From positions 160,001 to 224,000 of the forward strand of contig CAXXXD010000003.1 in NCBI GenBank assembly GCA_963663385.2: a stretch of DNA of 64,000 nucleotides, read 5' to 3'. The notes beneath the pieces are model-generated. The model saw only the letters and a program-made list of their open reading frames with translations, was not told where the DNA came from and ran no database searches. A program made the position numbers and the translations under genes. This stretch comes from Oceanispirochaeta sp. Lineage in GTDB: Bacteria > Spirochaetota > Spirochaetia > DSM-2461. Within the stretch, counting starts at the first letter, position 1; every line of letters starts with the position of its first letter. Of the stretch, positions 58,690 through 64,000 are shown in pieces.

Positions 58690-59727
58690 CTACATCAGTG
58701 TAATGCTGTTTTCAGAGCAATCTTTGCGGACGTTTTCGGGCCACAGACTTGCCTGAACCTCCCCGATATGAGCTTTTCTAAGCAGAAACATACACAGACG
58801 GGACTGACCGATTCCACCGCCCACGGATTCGGGGAAATCTCCGGCCAGAAGCCTTTTATGAAAGGTCAGCTCTTTTCTCTCCTCACAGTCCCGGATGGAC
58901 AGCTGGCGGAGAAGGGCTTCCCTGTCTACTCTGATACCCATGGAGGAAATCTCGAAGGTTCTTCCCAGAACGGGGTTCCAGAGGATTATATCCCCATTCA
59001 ATCCCTTTGTACCGGCGCTGTTTTCCGTACTCCAGTCATCATAGTCGGGCGCTCTGCCGTCATGTTCCTTCCCGTCCGAGAGGGCTGCTCCTATTCCGAT
59101 AATAAACACGGCTCCGTATTTTTCGGCAACCTTCGATTCCCTTTCCACGGGGCTCAGGTCGGGGTACATTCTGCATAATTCCTCGGACTGAACAAAGGTT
59201 ATATCTTCGGGGAGGATCGGTTCAATTTCAGGATAACTCTCATAAACCATAAACTCCGTGGCTTTCAGTGTGGCATATATCTTCTTTACCACGGATTTAA
59301 GAAAACCGAGGTTTCTATCCTCTTTCCGGATTGCCTTTTCCCAGTCCCACTGATCAACATAGTAGGAGTGGAGGTTATCCGGTTCCTCATCGGGACGGAT
59401 AGCATTCATATCCGTATAGAGGCCGTAACCCAGGCTTATCTTGTAATCCCCCAGCATCATCCTTTTCCATTTGGCCAGGGACTGAGGTATCTCTGCGGAA
59501 CCGCCCATCCCTTTGGGAGTAAAGGATACGGGCTTTTCAATTCCGTTCAGATCGTCGTTGATACCGGTACCCGCTTCGATAAACAGGGGCGCTGTTACAC
59601 GGCGCAGCCGGAGCTGGGCGGAAAAATAGGTTTGAAAGAATGCCTTGATGTCGGCAATGGCTTTTTCTGTTTCTTCCAGTGTCAGAATGGATTTATAATG
59701 GGGGGGATAATAGTATTCAGCGCTCAC
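58690..59727 (-). CDS. asnA: Aspartate--ammonia ligase
   Basis: 'DDLNGIEKPV', 'SLAKWKR', 'HSYYVDQWDWE', 'HDGRAPDYDDW', 'GGGIGQSRL'. Confidence 0.96.
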   Translation of the reverse strand: MSAEYYYPPHYKSILTLEETEKAIADIKAFFQTYFSAQLRLRRVTAPLFIEAGTGINDDLNGIEKPVSFTPKGMGGSAEIPQSLAKWKRMMLGDYKISLGYGLYTDMNAIRPDEEPDNLHSYYVDQWDWEKAIRKEDRNLGFLKSVVKKIYATLKATEFMVYESYPEIEPILPEDITFVQSEELCRMYPDLSPVERESKVAEKYGAVFIIGIGAALSDGKEHDGRAPDYDDWSTENSAGTKGLNGDIILWNPVLGRTFEISSMGIRVDREALLRQLSIRDCEERKELTFHKRLLAGDFPESVGGGIGQSRLCMFLLRKAHIGEVQASLWPENVRKDCSENSITLM

Positions 59728-59908
59728 AATTCCTTCCTTTTTGCAATCAATCTCTTATATATGGGAATCATTCCCTGAAATAAAGCTGATTGAACTGTTT
59801 TGCTGTCTGTCAGAAGCCGGACGAGGCAGCATTGAGTTTTAATATACAGAAAAACTACCATCTTCGTGCCGAGAAGACAAGGGGAATCTTTTTTTGGTTG
59901 ATCCTGTT

Positions 59909-60250
59909 TCAGCAGGCAACAATTTCCTTAATCATAAATTCCTTTCCGCTGATAATTTCCCACTCCCTGCTGCTGCAGTGGGGGCATACGCTTTTGTTCC
60001 TGATTATATTAAAAACTTTACTGCATCTGCCGCACAGGGCATTGCCCGGGAGTATTTCAATTTCCAGTTTTGTATTTTCCATTGCAGTACCGTCAACCGC
60101 TGCGGGATAGCAGTCCCTGAGGAATTGGGGAATCATGGATGACAGTTCCCCCACCTGCAGGATAATTGTATCCACTTTGGTCAGACCATTCTTCAGGGCA
60201 AAGTCCTCAACGGTTTTAATGATTTCTATTACAACACCTAATTCATGCAA
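59909..60250 (-). CDS. hypA: Nickel metallochaperone HypA
   Basis: N-terminal MHE Ni motif and two CxxC motifs (CGRC, CPHC); 'GKEF.IKEI'. Confidence 0.93.
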   Translation of the reverse strand: MHELGVVIEIIKTVEDFALKNGLTKVDTIILQVGELSSMIPQFLRDCYPAAVDGTAMENTKLEIEILPGNALCGRCSKVFNIIRNKSVCPHCSSREWEIISGKEFMIKEIVAC

Positions 60251-60275
60251 ATATTCTATCCTCTAATAATATTAA

Positions 60276-60390
60276 TCCCCTTGGTCACAAACTTCGTTTG
60301 TTGCTCAGGTATGCATCCGGCCTCTCCCCCTGGGAGAGGCCTCATTTCCCTAATCAGAATCGAACATTGCTCCTGAGCGAAGTTGAGGGA
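60276..60390. repeat. Nested-palindrome intergenic element (REP-like or structured RNA)
   Basis: Nested arms TCCC/GGGA, AACTTCG/CGAAGTT, CTCAGG/CCTGAG and a perfect GGCCTCTCCC-CCT-GGGAGAGGCC hairpin. Confidence 0.55.
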
Positions 60391-63087
60391 TTACTCCCCC
60401 GCAAAGGCTTTCTTGAGCTTTCTGATAGGGGTTTTTACCGCTATTTTTGCTTTTCGCTTCAGTATGTGTTTGATGACCTTCGGTTTCATCTCACTGAGAT
60501 CAACACCTTCCGCATCGTATTTCCGTACAAGGGAGATGGCGTCAAACTTACAAACGGTGGTACAGGACCCGCAGCCGATGCAGGCATACTCGTCTACAAC
60601 AGTGGCGCCGCATCCAAGGCATCGTTCCGTTTCTTTTCTGATCTGTTCTTCCGTCAGGATCCCTCTCAAATCGTCAAAGGTTTCGGTTGATTTTCTGTCC
60701 GTGCTGATATTGGCGGCTTTTTCTCTCGGAAGACGATCGTATCCGGCCAGATCCAGGTTTGTCTTGTCCAGAGGTCGGTAATCCCGATTCAGTCGCCCCA
60801 GGGTCAGGCTCTGACCGTTTTGAACATAACGGTGAATGGATATGGCTCCTTCCTTGCCCAGGGCAATGGCATCAATGGCAAACTTCGGCCCTGTCAGGGC
60901 GTCACCGCCGGCAAAGATATCCGGTTCGCCGGTCTGGAATGTCACCGGATCGGCTTTCACGGTCCGGTTGGGGTTGAGCTCAACTTTTGAACTTTCCAGC
61001 AGATTTCCCCAGTCCATCCCCTGTCCGACAGAGAGCAGAACATTGTCCGCTTCGACGATTTTTGTGCTGCTTTCATCATAGCGGGGACTGAATCTCCCGT
61101 CTTCATTAAAAACGGAGAGGCATTTTCTGAATTCGACGCCTGTCACTCTGCCATTTTCCGAAATAATCCGTTTGGGTCCCCAGGAGTTATTGATCGCGAT
61201 CGCTTCCTCTTCGGCCTCTTCAATCTCTTCATCCAGAGCAGGCATTTCTTTTCTGCTTTCAAGGCAGTACATATCCACCTTTTCCGAACCGGTTCGGGCA
61301 GCAGTTCTGGCAACGTCTATAGCGACATTTCCCCCGCCGATAACAACGGTCTTTCCGCTCATCTTATCTGCCCTGCCGAGGTTTACATCCCGGAGAAAAT
61401 CAACTCCGGTTACAACGCCTTCCGCATCTTCGTTTTCAAGACCGAGGCTTCTTCCCGTCTGGGCTCCGATGGCAAGATAGAAGGCTTTATAGTCCTGGCC
61501 CCTCAGTTCGTTCAGGGTAATATCCCTGCCGACTTCAACGCCCGTTTTAAACTCGACACCCATCTCCCGGAGTATCTCGATCTCTGCCCTGATCACATCT
61601 TTTTCCAGTCTGTAAGAGGGGATCCCCAGAGTAAGCATTCCTCCCAGGGCTTCCTGTTTTTCAAATACAGTCACCTTGTACCCGTCAATTGCCAGGTAGA
61701 AGGCGCAGGACAGACCGGCCGGACCGGCCCCTACAATGGCAATCTTTTTGCCGTATTCATGCTTCTGGCGGGGAATGAAGCGGGTTTCGCTGTGAAGGTC
61801 CTTTTCGGCGATAAATTTTTTGATATCATCAATGGCAATGGGATCGTCAATATCCCCTCTGGTACAGGCGGATTCACAGTTCCGGGGGCAGATACGCCCG
61901 CAGACGGCGGGAAAGGGATTCTCTTTCTTGATCAGTTCGAGGGCTTCCGTATATTTGCCCTGGGCTGCCAGTTTGATATAACCCTGAATCCCTATATGCG
62001 CAGGGCATTCCGCCTTGCAGGGACTGGAGCCGGTTTCAACAACAACCTCCCGGTTTGTTCTGTAATCGGTGTTCCACTTCTCTTCTGTCCACTCCGTATC
62101 ACGGGGCGTTTCTTTTCGTTCGGGTAGGGCAACGGGGTTCTTTTCACAGATCTTCTGTCCCAGTTTAAGGGCATTGGTGGGGCAGGTTTCAACACACTCT
62201 CCGCATCCCACACAATTGTCCCTGTTTACCTCAGCCACATAATTGGAGCGGACCATATCGTGGTTGTCCCACATGTTGGCCAGTCTCATATTAAAACAGC
62301 CGCACCCGCAGCAGTTGCAGATAGCATGGGTTTTTCCGGAACCGTCCAGGTTGGGGATGGAGTGCATCAAGCCGTTTGCTTCGGCTCTCTTGATTACTTC
62401 AAAGGCTTCTTCCCGTGTTATTTCCTTACCGCGGCCTGTTTTTATATAATATTCGGCGGCATGACCCAGCTGGATACAGATATCCTCTTTCAGGTGGCCG
62501 CACCCTTCCCCGACCGCTTCCCGGGACGTCCGGCAGGCACAGTCGGAAACGGAAAAAACTGTATTATCATTAAGGTATTTTGACACTTCCTCGTAGGAGG
62601 CATGCCTTGTTTTACCGTCAATGGCTGTTTCTATGGGGATAACGCGCATGGGTCCCATTCCCACCGGGATATTCCCGGCCGCCATAGGTCCTTTCCTCTT
62701 CCCGTATTCATCAAAGAGCTCTCCCAGAATGGGAAGCCGCTCTACCTGTTCCTTATTGTTAACGATCATTTCCATATGACCGGGGACCCATATTTCATTC
62801 CAGTACTTATTAACCCCGTCGATTTCGTTGACAAAGGCCAGACCCACCATAGCCAGCTCCCATAGAAGCTCTTCGGTTTTTTCAGCGGTTTTTCCGCATT
62901 GGGGCGCAATATCCTCTGCGCTCAGGGGTTCCCTCAGTTTCAGACAGAGGGCCACATCTGCCATCTCGTCAGAACAGATCGGTTCCAGAATCCTGTATTC
63001 AGGGTATTCGGGTTTGATCTCCATTCTGCTTCCGCGTTTTGTTCTGCTAATTTTATTTGCCAGATCCAGAAGTTTTTCATTAACCAT
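60391..63087 (-). CDS. Large Fe-S / FAD oxidoreductase: Cys-rich N-terminal domain, ferredoxin, GltD/NfnB-like NAD(P)H module, C-terminal ferredoxin
   Basis: 'CACR', 'CNCCGCGC', 'CVGCGECVETCP', 'PCKAECP', 'CGRICPRNCE..C', GAGPAG, GGGNVAID, 'RCLGC', 'CIGCGSCTTVC'; start taken at MVNEKLL. Confidence 0.88.
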   Translation of the reverse strand: MVNEKLLDLANKISRTKRGSRMEIKPEYPEYRILEPICSDEMADVALCLKLREPLSAEDIAPQCGKTAEKTEELLWELAMVGLAFVNEIDGVNKYWNEIWVPGHMEMIVNNKEQVERLPILGELFDEYGKRKGPMAAGNIPVGMGPMRVIPIETAIDGKTRHASYEEVSKYLNDNTVFSVSDCACRTSREAVGEGCGHLKEDICIQLGHAAEYYIKTGRGKEITREEAFEVIKRAEANGLMHSIPNLDGSGKTHAICNCCGCGCFNMRLANMWDNHDMVRSNYVAEVNRDNCVGCGECVETCPTNALKLGQKICEKNPVALPERKETPRDTEWTEEKWNTDYRTNREVVVETGSSPCKAECPAHIGIQGYIKLAAQGKYTEALELIKKENPFPAVCGRICPRNCESACTRGDIDDPIAIDDIKKFIAEKDLHSETRFIPRQKHEYGKKIAIVGAGPAGLSCAFYLAIDGYKVTVFEKQEALGGMLTLGIPSYRLEKDVIRAEIEILREMGVEFKTGVEVGRDITLNELRGQDYKAFYLAIGAQTGRSLGLENEDAEGVVTGVDFLRDVNLGRADKMSGKTVVIGGGNVAIDVARTAARTGSEKVDMYCLESRKEMPALDEEIEEAEEEAIAINNSWGPKRIISENGRVTGVEFRKCLSVFNEDGRFSPRYDESSTKIVEADNVLLSVGQGMDWGNLLESSKVELNPNRTVKADPVTFQTGEPDIFAGGDALTGPKFAIDAIALGKEGAISIHRYVQNGQSLTLGRLNRDYRPLDKTNLDLAGYDRLPREKAANISTDRKSTETFDDLRGILTEEQIRKETERCLGCGATVVDEYACIGCGSCTTVCKFDAISLVRKYDAEGVDLSEMKPKVIKHILKRKAKIAVKTPIRKLKKAFAGE

Positions 63088-63101
63088 ATAATTTTCCCTT
63101 T

Positions 63102-63776
63102 TTATGCCTTGTTCCACTCTTTTATTTCATGGCGGAGCCAGTCCGCCCAATCGTCAATTCCCTCGCCCGTTTTGGCGGAGATGGGGATGATTGTAATTTC
63201 CGGATTCAGTTTTTTTACATACTCCGTAAGTTTTTCCATATCAAAATCAAAGAAATCCATGGCATCAATTTTATTCACCAGGAGTACATCCACCATTCTG
63301 AACATAACAGGATATTTGAGGGGTTTGTCATGTCCTTCCGGAACACTCAGAATCATGGCGTTCCTTGCGGCTCCCGTATCGAATTCGGCTGTACAGATCA
63401 GGTTGCCGATATTTTCCAGGATCACAAAATCCGTTCCTTCGGTTCCCATGGAAGCCAGACCCTGTCTGGTCATATCCGCATCAAGGTGACACATCCCGCC
63501 CGAGTGGAGTTGAATTACTTTCGTCCCTGTATCTGCCACAGTGTGGGCGTCTACATCCGAATCGATATCGGCCTCCATCACACCTATGCTCATTTCATTC
63601 CCGAGAGCCGCAATGGTTTTTAAAACCGTTGTTGTTTTTCCGGAACCGGGAGAGGACATCAGATTCAGCAGAAATACCTTGTCTTCCTTAAGCTGAGACC
63701 TTAAGGCTTCAGCCTGTCTGTCATTCCCTTCGTAAACACTCTTTTTAATTTCGATAACTTTATATTTTTCATTCAT
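63102..63776 (-). CDS. hypB: Nickel-insertion GTPase HypB
   Basis: 'MSSPGSGKTT', 'CHLDA', 'ENIGNLIC.AEFD', 'SVPEGHDKPLKYP', NKID, SAKTGEG. Confidence 0.94.
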   Translation of the reverse strand: MNEKYKVIEIKKSVYEGNDRQAEALRSQLKEDKVFLLNLMSSPGSGKTTTVLKTIAALGNEMSIGVMEADIDSDVDAHTVADTGTKVIQLHSGGMCHLDADMTRQGLASMGTEGTDFVILENIGNLICTAEFDTGAARNAMILSVPEGHDKPLKYPVMFRMVDVLLVNKIDAMDFFDFDMEKLTEYVKKLNPEITIIPISAKTGEGIDDWADWLRHEIKEWNKA

Positions 63777-63873
63777 TTCTGCATTACCACCTATAACATC
63801 AGGCTTTCAGCCCGTATCTGAACCTTTTTATATCTGTACCGCTGTACAGAGAATAAAAAATCGAACATAATTC

Positions 63874-63924
63874 ACCGAACAATGTTCGGTAATTATAATA
63901 GGCGGCAGCACAGGATTTTGTCAA
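63874..63924 (-). promoter_or_regulatory. Promoter of the hypB operon with palindromic operator ACCGAACA-A-TGTTCGGT (63874-63890)
   Basis: Minus strand TTGACA (63924-63919), 18 nt, TATTAT; a perfect 8-bp inverted repeat lies just downstream of the -10 box. Confidence 0.6.
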
Positions 63925-64000
63925 TAAAATTTTATCTATAAAAAAAGATATCCGTATTATGGAAAATCGATCGGTTCTGCAGTATTCTAGAGGCAGAATC

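Noticed and set aside
59728..59908. T-box leader upstream of asnA
   Set aside because: No GGTGGNACC T-box sequence; the hairpin near 59800-59831 is better explained as the end of the hyp operon.
1..64000. CRISPR array, IS/transposase, integrase, prophage or rRNA
   Set aside because: No regularly spaced direct repeats, recombinase or transposase motifs, phage structural genes or rRNA-like segments were seen by eye.

Overview
Bacterial chromosomal window, most likely from an anaerobic free-living spirochaete. This is inferred from lipobox and 'AGGQ.E/D' solute-binding-protein N-termini, a spirochaete-like MCP and AsnA. It holds about 50 genes and one tRNA-Gly(CCC); I see no CRISPR array, rRNA, integrase or transposase. 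In order: (1-11.7 kb) a glycan-use block with an MFS-HEAT fusion and three probable glycoside hydrolases (GH151/GHL6-like, DUF4965-type, DUF5054/GH38-like), each divergent from its own regulator; a GGDEF protein, MATE pump, amino-acid ABC transporter, tag and a hybrid kinase; a FadR-controlled TRAP + DapA-family operon; a Mut7-C protein and a NatAB-like ABC exporter; (29.6-39.9 kb) a flavin/quinone extracytoplasmic electron-transfer locus with two flavocytochrome-c-type reductases, a CitA/B-type two-component system, an Ndh2-DoxX fusion with three repeated flavinylation-like motifs, a polyprenyl synthase and EetA/EetB-like genes; an MCP, ferritin-like and DUF1353 proteins and an Ala/Gly symporter; a sugar ABC locus with a membrane-anchored AraC, duplicated binding proteins, a URO-D/methyltransferase-like gene and a GH31; tRNA-Gly, MFS, FHA-cyclase, ogt and asnA; and a hypB / large Fe-S flavoprotein / hypA operon with no hydrogenase gene. 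The strongest novelty candidates are that hydrogenase-less Ni-maturation operon and the putatively multi-flavinylated Ndh2 locus. All family calls come from motif recognition by eye; no database search was run.
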